Source: Amoebophrya sp. A120 (taxonomy: Eukaryota; Protista; Dinoflagellata). Taken from it: a stretch of DNA of 64,000 nt. The translations under genes and the position numbers were made by a program. Below the pieces are notes generated by a model. The model was not told where the DNA came from and made no database searches. It saw nothing but the letters and a program-made list of their open reading frames with translations. This document shows positions 50,675-61,100 of this stretch, piece after piece (the first letter of the stretch is position 1; every line of letters begins with the position of its first letter). The stretch lies in NCBI GenBank assembly GCA_905178155.1, contig CAJINV010000013.1, forward strand, positions 1,044,344 through 1,108,343, given 5' to 3'.

Positions 50675-51039
50675 TATACATTGCAAACATGTCTGGGTGG
50701 TCTGGAAAGATGCAAAGTTGTGATGCTTAAAATGACTTGTGATGCTCGTAGTTGTCCGTGTTAACACACAAAAATCTGTCTTGCAAGACTCGGAAAAGTA
50801 CCCATTTTAGGGCATGTTGCTGTAGTGCTTGTAGCCATGTACATGTTGACAGTGCACTTCTCCTACAGGATAGGCATCGCATAGACCCTGCTAGATCTGT
50901 GATGCTAGGCCCCACATTTCAGACATCGTGGGGGCGGGGCTTGCAAAACGAAAACCTTCACCTGCATGGCAAAGATCTGCATCTTTCCAAATCCACATCC
51001 AGAGCCAGGAATTCTATTTCTAAGTATTTGCATTTGATA
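50675..51039. mobile_element. Degenerate family A TIR element
   Basis: TATACATTGCAAACATGTCTGGGT...TATTTGCATTTGATA. Flanks TTCTC/TTCTT. Insertions within both TIRs. No clean frame restoration. Confidence 0.8.
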
Positions 51040-51049
51040 TTCTTTTCTA

Positions 51050-51776
51050 CTACGGTTGAGCTACTAGCACTGGCTCTCCAATGTTCGGATTCTGGTTCGG
51101 GTCGAGGTTCTGGTACCACCAAGAAAAATTGGATGTGCCAAGCTTTTGTGGACAGTGGCCTTGGTCCCCCGGCACGATGTCCCAAATAGTTCCACAGGGC
51201 AAGTTTTTATTGCTTTCGTCGCTAGAAGCTTCTAAACTTGTTATCCTCGCCTCACCAAACCAGAAATCGTGCTCTTGATACCAGTACCCAGAAACGACGT
51301 CCCCGATCGGGAGTTGTGCACTCAACATGTGCGCTTGTTCATCATTCTGGGCATAATCGGTCCAGGACGAGCTCATACCCCATTCGTGGTTTATCAAATG
51401 CAAATACCTAAGTATGTCTGGGTAAGGAAGACAACTGTGCCGGCACCCATTGGGCGACATGACAAGTACTAGTTGGGAAGTGGATTGCGCGCAGAAGCAC
51501 TACGGGTCTTCGTCTTGTTGCGAAATATTCTTCATGCATACCTACTTTTCCGCATGAGAAGTTCTCCTCTTGCATCGCAAAAAAGAAGCAACTATCCGTA
51601 TTCCCACGCCACACATTTATGTGCTGTTGAGATTTAGCATCACAAGGAAGTTGCAAACGCATCAATATTCCAGACCCAGATGACATATCTGCAGCGCATA
51701 TGGTTTATGCTCAGTGCTTGCAGGACCGGCAAAGAAAAAACCACGTATATCCGGAGTGGAAACGACGCCCTTGCCC
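51050..51776 (-). pseudogene. Possible gene fragment or pseudogene between two decayed TIR elements
   Basis: Removing 51387-51700 gives an open frame ...IYVVFSLPVLQALSINHEWG...VAQP, which stops at tandem TAG codons just before the next element. Confidence 0.35.
51392..51700. mobile_element. Degenerate family A TIR element
   Basis: TATCAAATGCAAATA(CCTAAGTA)TGTCTGGGT...TTCCAGACCCAGA(TGA)CATATCTGCAGCGCATA. Perfect TGGTT TSD. Confidence 0.85.
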
Positions 51777-52167
51777 CTACGTAAAGAGGGAAAAGTTTGC
51801 GCAGAAAAGTCTAGAGCTTTTGGGGCTCGCACGTGACAAGTTAGGCTTTGCAGTGTAGTCGGGCGTACTAGCTAGTCCAGACGCGGTACAAATCCTCTTT
51901 CTTATCCGTGTTACCGAAGCGCACGAAGACAGATTGAGGCTCTCAAGCACCACTAGAAAATGCCTCTCATGTTGGGAAGCCGATCATCATCATCATCATG
52001 TAGTGGACACCCGCTCCCAGCGCGACAGGTCAAGGAGCCGAAGCCGCAATCCAGCGTATCGAAATTTGCATGACAAGTCTGGGGTGTTTCTTTCATGTAC
52101 TGGAAATAAAATCCAAATAATTAAACTTAAAGCACAGAGAAGCTTGTTGGGGTGGGAACGTTTTTAC

Positions 52168-55100
52168 TCAGATGATAACGTAGATGCAGAGCACCTCCAG
52201 AACGAAGCACAAACGAGGCAGGAACAGGCTCCGTGTCACAGGCACAAGTGGGCCATCCGCACCACGACCAAGGGGGCCGTCCGCACCCCCTCCTGCGTCG
52301 TTCAAATTTCGCCGCCCACGATAGTTGTGCCACGCGGGCCGCCGTAGGAGCCGCCCGTACCCTAGCACCACAACAAAAGCAATGCACAAAAGCCAACCCA
52401 GAAGCACCGCCAGCGCGCGAAGGTATTGAGGGAAAATCAGTGATCTTGGGAAATGCTGCTACCCCTAAGAAAAATCGCAGCCTGTCATGCGGACCTGCTA
52501 TTTCCCTGTGTGTCGTCTCCTTTTCATACATGCGGGCGCAAAAAAGCACACCAGAAATCTCCTTTCCATTGCAAAAAGCGAACCAAATAAACTCACTCCT
52601 TTCCATGCGGTCTAGAGTGACTTTTCGTGGGCGTTTTGGTTTTCTTCGCATCTTCGCAAAGAGCCATTTATAGGCGAACCCGCGTCAGGCGCTGCCTTTA
52701 TTTTTCTTAAGACTAGCAGCAGTCGGGAAGGTCACTCATTTACCCTCCATAGAAGGGCTACCATGCGGTCGATATCTTCGCCGAGACGGTAACCTAGGCC
52801 CCGTTTCTGGCAATTATCCAATGGCAGCCCAGTTTTCGTGTGATAGAGCTGATGAGTTTTCCAGTTATAGAGCGGACCTCCTTCTGGGTAAACCGACACC
52901 TCGGCGTTCACGTCGTGCAGCGTTGTGTATCCCACAAGAAAAAGCTAGCAGCTTAATGCGAAAGCAAATACATAGAAAGTTCCGTCCTGAATAGCCTAAA
53001 CGCCACCCATGCTCTGGGCCTGGTGCCCATCATGAGAGGTCTTTTTGCCATTGCCTATTTACTTTTCTTGCATATAGATTCACAAATATGTTCCCTTGCT
53101 AGCTTTTTTCTGTGTGATATCACATTACTACCTTTCCCGAAGAGCCGCCATGCGTAGAAAACTGGGACGTTTTCCCCGAGGAAAATTTGCACCGTCTCGA
53201 ACAAAAGCATGAAAAACATCGAAACGGGGGCGCACATGTAATGGGCCCATCGCAAGTATTTCCGCGAGGGCCGCACGTGCCTTGCGAGGACCTCCTCAAA
53301 CAGCTCCACGTTCGATCCCGTCCTCGCTTCTCGCGCTTCTTCTTCGTCGTCGTCTTCGTTCGGCTCCTCCTGGTGCTCCTCGCGCAGCTGCAACTTTTTT
53401 TTCTCCTGGTCACTCGGAGACGAGTCCTCTGCCTTCACCTTCTGGACGTTTTCGCTTCTTGCGGAGGTCATAATTTTCTCGTGGTGTGTAATATCGTCGA
53501 TGGAGGGCAGGGCTGCAGTTAAAACGAAGCCGGTCGCGGGAAGGAGGAGCAGCAGAGCCCGGAGGCAAATATTCAGTGCAAATATGTCTGGGTCTGGAAA
53601 GGTGCAACTTGTGATGCTGCCTTTGGATTCTACATAAAATCTGTATTGCGTGAACAGTAGAAGAGGTCCAGTTGTTGCTACGCAAAGAGAGCAAATATCA
53701 TGCGGTAGGAGCATCAGAAAGCCCCCACAGAATCTGTGATGCTAGGGCATGCATCACAGACATAAGAAGTCAGGCAAAATGTGCATGACAAACCTTGCAC
53801 CGTTCCAGACCCAGAAACTTTTGCATTTGATAGCAAATCTCGGTGTACGACTGGGTCGCCGCAAATGTCAAACCCAAATTCTCCGAAAGACTCGGCTTCA
53901 TGAAGCACCAGGGCGAGTGCAGCGTAAAGGTGTGCCGACTCAGGATGATGCACACGCCAAAGAGGATCAAGCCCGTGGTGAACATAATGCCCTCCGGCGA
54001 GGTCTGCGACTGGCAGACGGCGCTCAGGGTCATGTTCTTGCAAAAATCCCCGGGTATCACGTAAAACTGCTCGTCATGGAAGCCACGGATCAAGTGCTCC
54101 CGCCCACTGGCAACGAGCTCCTCTCTGTGCCGGCGGGTCGGAAAGCGCCGCGGGCACAGGACCAAATGTACGGGCAGCAGCGTCGCACCCACGGCGGAGA
54201 TGTATGCGATCGTGACTATCAAATGTAAAAATGTCTGGGTCTGGAAAAGTGGAACTTGTAATGCTAGCTTTACATTCCTGGAAAATCTGTATTGCAGAAC
54301 CAACAAAAGTCGCAGCCACTTTTGTCATGCAAAAAGGCAGTTTCTCATGCGGATTGCGTATGAGAAAGCGTTCTGGAAAGTTGTCATGCTGGGCTGCGTT
54401 CGGAAGTAGTTCCGTCATCCACATTTTAGCATCACAGGTCTCCAGACCCAGACATATTTGCATTTGATAGTGACGAGTATGCTGCTAAACATGAAGTCGG
54501 ATCGCACCGTGCCAACCAAGAAGGCAAACATTTTCTGCAAAATGATGTCGGTGACCGCCCCCGCCTCGCGGACGCGTCCCAGTGCTTCCGTGGTGTTTTG
54601 GGCCAATTCGGCGGACCGTGCGGACAAAGCTGCATAAAAGTCCTGACCTTCTACTCCCTCATCTTCGTCCAAGTTGTAGCGAGTCTTGATCCCTTCGCTC
54701 GTCCTCTTCGCATCAGCTCCTGGTGGCGCGGTGGTGCCCACCATTTTGTTTCTGGATCCGGCCTTCTCGGTCGTACTAGTCCCGCTCACCCGCAGCTCCG
54801 TCGTCGCGGGTTCTCGTTCTGCTGGTGAGTTTTCATCATTTCGACCTGGTGCGCCGTTCTGGTTGGATTTCTCTACGTAGCTTTCGCCCAACGAGCTCGT
54901 TCGCGACAAAGAAGTAGATCTCCTCGTTGTGCGCTCTGGCGGCTCCTGCTGTCGCTCCTGCAGCTGGAGAACTAGCCACTTCAGCTCGTCCACCTCCCGC
55001 GCCATGCCCTCCATCTTCACCTGCATCGCTTTAGTGCCGTCAGTTGTCATCTCGGCATCTTCAGCTACTTCAGGAGATTCAACTTGTAGTTGCGCTTGCG

Positions 55101-55659
55101 CACCTGCATCTTCATGTTGAAACGGCGCGTCTGCTTGCTCCCCTTTGATTTCCTGATCCATCCCCTGCTCCACCTCTCTGACCCCGTCATTGTGGTGCTG
55201 CTGTCCAGCTAGAACTAGAAAAGATTCCTGGTCGTGCTCCGCTGCAGGACCGGCCTCCGCATGAAGATCCTCTTCGTCCAGTGGACTTCCACCCTCGCCG
55301 GCCACCGCCCCTTCGTCCTCGCGGCGGCCCGACGTTGTTGGAGTCTTGCCAGTGGGCTGCTCCTTATGTTCATCGTTCTTTGCCTTCAGCATCCGGACTG
55401 CCTCGAGCTCGCTAGGAGCAGCTCGTGCTGTTCTTTCCTCACCGTCGACATCGACCAGCGGCACCTCATTTGTTGCCAACACGACCGACACCGGCGTATT
55501 ATAATTGGGGAAGCACATGATCACGGCCGCGAGTTGTAGAAGTACTAGTGGAGACAGGACAAAAAGCAGAAAGCGATCAACAAATCCTCGTGATCCCAAC
55601 CCCGGCGCAGAAGAAAAAGAAGCAGGAGAGCGCGGCATTTGAGTCGGACGACCCTCCAT
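52168..55659 (-). CDS. Multi-pass membrane protein, about 811 aa, four TIR introns; C-terminal half loosely Frag1/DRAM/Sfk1-like
   Basis: Exons 55659-54470, 54211-53833, 53564-53120, 52922-52752 and 52418-52168 total 2,436 nt in frame. One N-terminal and about six C-terminal hydrophobic segments. LSAVCQSQTSPEGIMF and HYMCAPVSMF recall that family (weak). Confidence 0.75.
52424..52751. mobile_element. TIR intron element
   Basis: TATTGAGGGAAAATCAGTGATC vs TATGGAGGGTAAATGAGTGACC. Perfect GAAGG TSD. Removal gives MVALRALAVLLG. Confidence 0.9.
52928..53119. mobile_element. TIR intron element, family D
   Basis: TATCCCACAAGAAAAAGCTAGCA vs TATCACACAGAAAAAAGCTAGCA. TSD lost. Removing 197 nt gives GSNVTLHDVN. 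Confidence 0.82.
53570..53832. mobile_element. TIR intron element, family A
   Basis: Family A TIRs. Perfect GCAAA TSD. Removal gives YTEIC|LRALL. Confidence 0.95.
54217..54469. mobile_element. TIR intron element, family A
   Basis: Family A TIRs. Perfect GTGAC TSD. Removal gives SILVTIAYIS. Confidence 0.95.
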
Positions 55660-57486
55660 CGCATCGTTGGCAATATCGACTTCTGTTTAATTGGGTTTTT
55701 GTTTTTCGTTTTTTCTTTTTCTCATCTATCACAAATTTCTTCCTACATCCCTTCGCGCATAACAAACTACACAGTGCTCCTTGGGGTATCGATATGCCAA
55801 CTATGCGATACAAAGTACTTACCCTGTCGAGACGCCGCTTTCTTGTCCCCCTTCAGCCGCTTGTCGGTAAAGAACGGCATCCACAACGAGAACCAGAACA
55901 TCTCATCGGACGAAGCTTTATCAATGATCCCACATGTGCATATTATAACCTGCTCAGGTGATGTGACGATCTCAACGTTGACGATGCAACGCTAAAAGTC
56001 GTCCTCTGGAACCTTTGTTCAAAAGGTAGTTTTCTGTGAGGACAAGAGGTGAGATGATATACAAACGAAACTGCTCGTCATGGTTGAATATGCTCTCATG
56101 GACGGGCATAGCTGTTCCTGCGCCTGCCATACGCCGATCAGAGACACCAAAGAGAACACGAACAGGGGAAAATCGTAAGTACACGCGTCTCTCGCTCATC
56201 GCGGTACTCTACTCAATCAGTCCATTCCTGAGGATCTCGTCGTTGCGACAGATGTTATCTTGTACTCGTTGCCATTGATTGATAAAGTTAGTACCTCGCC
56301 GTCATCAACATCTCACTCGATGTAAGTACTTCACGGCTCGCCTATGGGAGATACGCGCGCTTCTACATTTTGATTCTCTATGCCTGTAGTTTCTGCATTT
56401 CCGTTTTGACTCTCGTACGTGTGGCTGTCGACCACATGGGTAATCCAGATTCGTGGATTTCGATACTGTGCCGCGTTATTTTATGCAGTTACCGCAGACG
56501 GGCCACCCAATGGATGGCCGCTCGGTGGGAGCAGTCCCCCACCGCGTCGTCGAGGCGCCCAGGGAGATGGAGCACCTGACCCGCGATGGAAGACATGGAC
56601 CTCTGTCACACCCCGTAAGAAAAGGGCGGCGCGAGGTCTTAGCGGCCCATCCGTGGTAACGTAACCACCTAGAAGCAAATGGGAGGGGGGGCGGGCGAAA
56701 CAAATACCACCCCGAAAGTCGGTGGGCTGTCCTGACTAATCTTCTCAAGTCCTGGCTACCGTAAACTAAGGGCTGAGGGCGGACACGGGCATAAAATACC
56801 GCCCGACCATCCTCAGCCTAGGCTCACAGGCTCGCTAGCCTGTTGCTACCCGGGCATACATTTTATGCAGTTACCGCAGACGGGCCACCCAATGGATGGC
56901 CGCTCGGTGGGAGCAGTCCCCCACCGCGTCGTCGAGGCGCCCAGGGAGATGGAGCACCTGACCCACCGGCGGAGGCCGGATACGCCGAAGCATCCCAAAG
57001 AACCCGCTGTGGCGCTTGCGGCCAGTAGATGAATTTGGGAAACCGGTGCGCCCCATCGATGAAGGCGTAGCAACGAACGACGACGGGCTGAAAAGTGGGC
57101 CGATAGACTAAGACGCGGGCCTATCAGAAGGGTCCGCCAAATAGAACGAAAAACCGCGATCGCCCAGGCTTAGCATAGCCCCATTACAAACCAATCGGAC
57201 GAGTCTCGGTCTCGCATAGCGATGGGAGGGGAAGTCCGGATATTTATCTCAAAGCAGATCCAACGAAGTCCAGCGCTCTAGTCAGGGAGAAAGTTCGCAA
57301 GGGTAACGGGTTCGAACCGCCAGTGCCAAACGACCCCTCCTCCCATCGCAAAGCGAGACCGACCGCCGTTCCTCGTCCCGAGGACAGAACGGCCAGACAA
57401 CACCTATCCCGCATAGATAGCTGGCAACGAGACGTTTCCGACCTTCGGAGTCCAAAATTCCCGCACAGCGGACCAAGCTAGACCTT

Positions 57487-57673
57487 CGGACAAGCGAAAG
57501 CCAGAACTTGCGAAAGGCGGAAGCCAAATTTCCCGACAAGCGGAAGCCAAAGTTCGAGGCTCCGAAAAAGCGGAAGCCAAAATTTCCGACAAGCGGAAGC
57601 CAAATTTTCCGACAAGCGGAAAGCCAAAATTTCCGACAAGCGGAAGCCAAAATTTCCGACAAGCGGAAGCCAA
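57487..57673. repeat. Minisatellite, about 8 copies of a ~23-bp unit
   Basis: CGACAAGCGGAAGCCAAAATTTC repeated in tandem. Confidence 0.9.
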
Positions 57674-57826
57674 ATCATCCGCAAAGCGGGCCAAACAATC
57701 ATCCGCAAAGCGGGACTAACGATCATCCGCAAAGCGGGCCAATCATCCGCAAAGCGGGCCAATCATCCGCAAAGCGGGACTAACGATCATCCGCAAAGCG
57801 GGACTAACGATCATCCGCAAAGCGGG
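57674..57826. repeat. Minisatellite, 7 copies of a 20/24-bp unit
   Basis: ATCATCCGCAAAGCGGG core with 3- or 7-nt linkers. Confidence 0.9.
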
Positions 57827-58114
57827 ACAAACGAGACTTACTACCAACGGCAGGGGCGTTACTCCCTGGGAACAAGAGAAGGCGAACAAATACCACCCCG
57901 AAATTCGGTGGGTTGTCCTGACTAATCTTCTCAAGTCCTGGCTACCGTACACTAAAGGGCTGAGGGCGGACACGGGCATAAAATACCGCCCGACCATCCT
58001 CAGCCTAGGCTCACAGGCTCGCTAGCCTGTTGCTACCCGGGCATACATTTTCGTGGTCTTTTATTTTTTGTTCTCAAGAAGTAAACACCTGACTAGATGA
58101 AGTAAGACTTTGTT

Positions 58115-61100
58115 TTATTGAATCATGTAGCAGATCCTGGGAAACTGCGGGATGACACTTCTTTCCAAGTAGAAGGGGTGCTGGCTTAGAAACGTCTGCA
58201 CCGCGCACCGCTCCTCCACTGTTAGCAGCGAAAGCCTCGTCGTCCGCCAAAGGTTTTCAAAGTGCACAATTGACCGGGCCACCGGGTGCCATTCCAAGCG
58301 GAGCGACAGAGGAAGGGCGGAGTCGTAGAACCGAGATTTCAGCAGGATGGAGGTTTGCTGGTCGTGGTGCGGGTCCTTGTGATGTTCTACTTCTTCTACT
58401 TCCGCCAATCGCCCTCGTCCTCGACTTTTTCTAGTTTTTTCCCCTCTACTACTTCGCTGAAGAGCCGGCCCACTGCTCCTTCCTTGGTACCCGAACTGAA
58501 ATTCCAATTCGTTTTCGTTCCTACCGTTCGGATCAACAAGTACATTCTTTTCGCTTTCGAAATTATTAAACGGACCACTGCGGGGCACGTAGGCGAACAA
58601 CACGCTCCACAAATGTTCGAAGATCATGCAGATGGCCTTGTTGTAAATTTTCGGCGTCGATGTGATGTCAACCCGGACGGAGACAAAATCGGTGACGCGC
58701 GGCCCCCGCAGCGCATCCGGCTGAAACATCGTTTTCGAAAGGCCTCTGTGCACCTTGTTGTGCCACGCGGCGCGGTAGAAGTTATTTGATGCAGTTCTGC
58801 TTCGGTCGCGGCGCCGTTCTTGTTGTGGTGCCTGTTGTTCAAATCCCGCACTTATCAAATGCAAAAGTGTCTGGGTCTGGAAGATTCTGAGATTTGTCAT
58901 GCATATTTTGCATGACCCAGGATGTCTGTAATGCACGACCTAGCATCACAGATTTTTAGAGGGCTTCCCAGCCAACTCCGCATGACAAATGCCCTCCCCG
59001 CGTAGCAGAAACGAACCCTCTCTTGCTGGTCATGCAATACAGATTTTTTTAGAGTCCAAAGTTAGCATCACAAGTTCCAACGTTCCAGACCCAGACACTT
59101 TTACATTTGATAGCACTACCGCTGAAAAACGCCTGCCACGTGTGCTCGACCGACTGCAGGCCAAACGCCACCTGCGTGTACCAGGAACGCGCCTTTGACA
59201 AAACAGCCGCTTTCGACAGGAGAAAGACCCCGTAGTCGTATCCGCCGAAGTGGTGTTGCGGCAGGGTGAACTTCTCTTGAAACAGCACGTTCCAAATTCT
59301 GCGGTGGAGCTGCAGCTCGTACGCATCCGGCAGGCGGTGGTACGTGGCTTCCTCGTAGTTGATTTTCCCGCGCTTGATCGGGTTCTTCGTCTTTGCGGCA
59401 TCGAAGTACTTCGATTTCACAAACGTGCGGAATTTCTCGAAGTAGGAGCGAGATTTCATCAAATGTTCTGGCTCATCTTCGTGAACTACTACAGGATCGC
59501 CGCTCGGTGCTGGCAAAAGTCTCTCTTCGACAAACTTCTGTATTCTGGCTTGCTTCATAACGGATTTCAGTCGCGCTTTGGCTTTGTCATCTACTGCACG
59601 ACGGAGTAGGGCGGGAGGCAATGGCACTTCTGTATTCTCTATCTCTGCACCGGAAAAACCAGCAGGGTCCGCCGCACCAGGTCCATCATTTTCATAATTT
59701 GGACTGATGGCGCCGTCGGGAGAAATAGGAGTTCTTGCGCTAGAAGATGTAGCGTCAACATTCTCGATCTCTTCGTACCACCCGTCGTCCATTTCGAAAT
59801 CCTTTTTGTTCAAGAAGTCGCCCATTTCCCCGCTCTCCAACCCGACTTGGTGGTACACAAACGTTTCGGGGGAAACGAAGCCGCCGAAACTTGCTGGTTG
59901 AGATACAACTGTGCCTGCGGTGCTGTGGCCGTTCTGGCCGTCAACTATTATTTCCTCGCCCGCTGAGGACAATCTTCCTTCATTCGTTTCTGTGCTGTCA
60001 CGACGATCAGCAACGTCCTCGCGGTCCTCTCTTGGCGGCCACATTAAAAGAGACTCGCGGCCCGCCCCCTCGTCCACGCTTCCACGAGATGAAACCACGC
60101 CAAATGCTTTCGACTCGTCCGACGCAAGGAATTTCTCCCGCAGTAATGAAAGGGGTGGAGGAGAGGACGTTAATGTTGCACCAGCATCGTGGTCTTCTTG
60201 TATGCTAGTTGTACTTCTTGTAGCGGCCTTAATGTTGCTCATTATCTTCCTGGTTGGGAACACTGGTTCGTGCAAGAGCGGTCCGTGCTGCCGTTTTCCC
60301 AAGTGCACCACGTCTGCCTTGATCTCCCGCTTCCACTCCTGCCCCCGCTCCAACGCTTCAAACAAAGCCTGCATGATGCCCGGCGTCGCGTGCTCCCGCC
60401 AATCGGGGTGGGCCATGAAAGTCACATCCGGCAGCTCGTCGTAATACTTCGCCAAGTGCCAGAACCGCACTCCCACGTCCAAAGTTCGCACGTCTTCCTC
60501 GTGCGAGTCGTCGAAAAACACGGAATCCGCACGAAACTTCGCGCAACGGTCGAGCAGGTTCGCCGCGAGCGGGTTTTGAAGGAATCTCTCCACTTCCTGC
60601 GCTCTCTTACTCTTAGTCTCTTCTGTTTCATCTCCTAATGAAGTTTTGCTGTCCAGTAGCTCCTTCGCGGAAAAAACCCGGTAAGTTTTGTCCGTTGCTT
60701 TTTGGTGAAACGCAAAGGAATTCGTGTCGGACGCGGTGGTGGGCATCTTCGACGTAGTTTCTTCGTTGATAGAAGTCCTTGATGCACTCCTACTTGGCAG
60801 GAACCGCCCGAACTCGCCGCACAGATCGTAGAAGAAAATTCGGCTCCAGCCGGGAAACACGGAAATGTCCAAATCTTCCACATCGGATTCGGCACAAACG
60901 GGCAACACAATGTCGATGGAAATGCGGTTTTTCCGCACGCTTTCAGGCAGCTGCGTCCGCCCGTTCCAGTACTGTTTTTGCACTTCCGACACGTTTTCGT
61001 CGCTCCAGGCGCCAATGTTCATCACGGAGATGCTGTCGGACCGCTCCGACAGCTGCGCCCCGCGGTAGTAGTGGTGCTCGCGGGGCTTCTTGTTCTCCTT

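Larger units (their letters stand above)
56478..58051 (-). mobile_element. Non-autonomous split-direct-repeat element (tyrosine-recombinase retrotransposon-like), 1,574 bp
   Basis: Repeat X at 56478-56582 and 56860-56964 (105 bp, identical). Repeat Y at 56694-56864 and 57881-58051 (171 bp, few differences). ATTTT occurs at both ends and at the internal Y/X junction. Confidence 0.75.

Noticed and set aside
52057-52177. Additional aged TIR intron at the end of the membrane-protein gene
   Set aside because: Only TATC...GATA ends pair, there is no TSD, and removal adds just a few codons.
57487-57826. CRISPR array
   Set aside because: The repeats are tandem with no unique spacers, there are no cas genes, and the context is eukaryotic.
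56478-58051. LTR retrotransposon, TRIM or retrozyme
   Set aside because: The repeats are interleaved (X-Y-X-Y) and not terminal, with no TG...CA ends and no hammerhead core.
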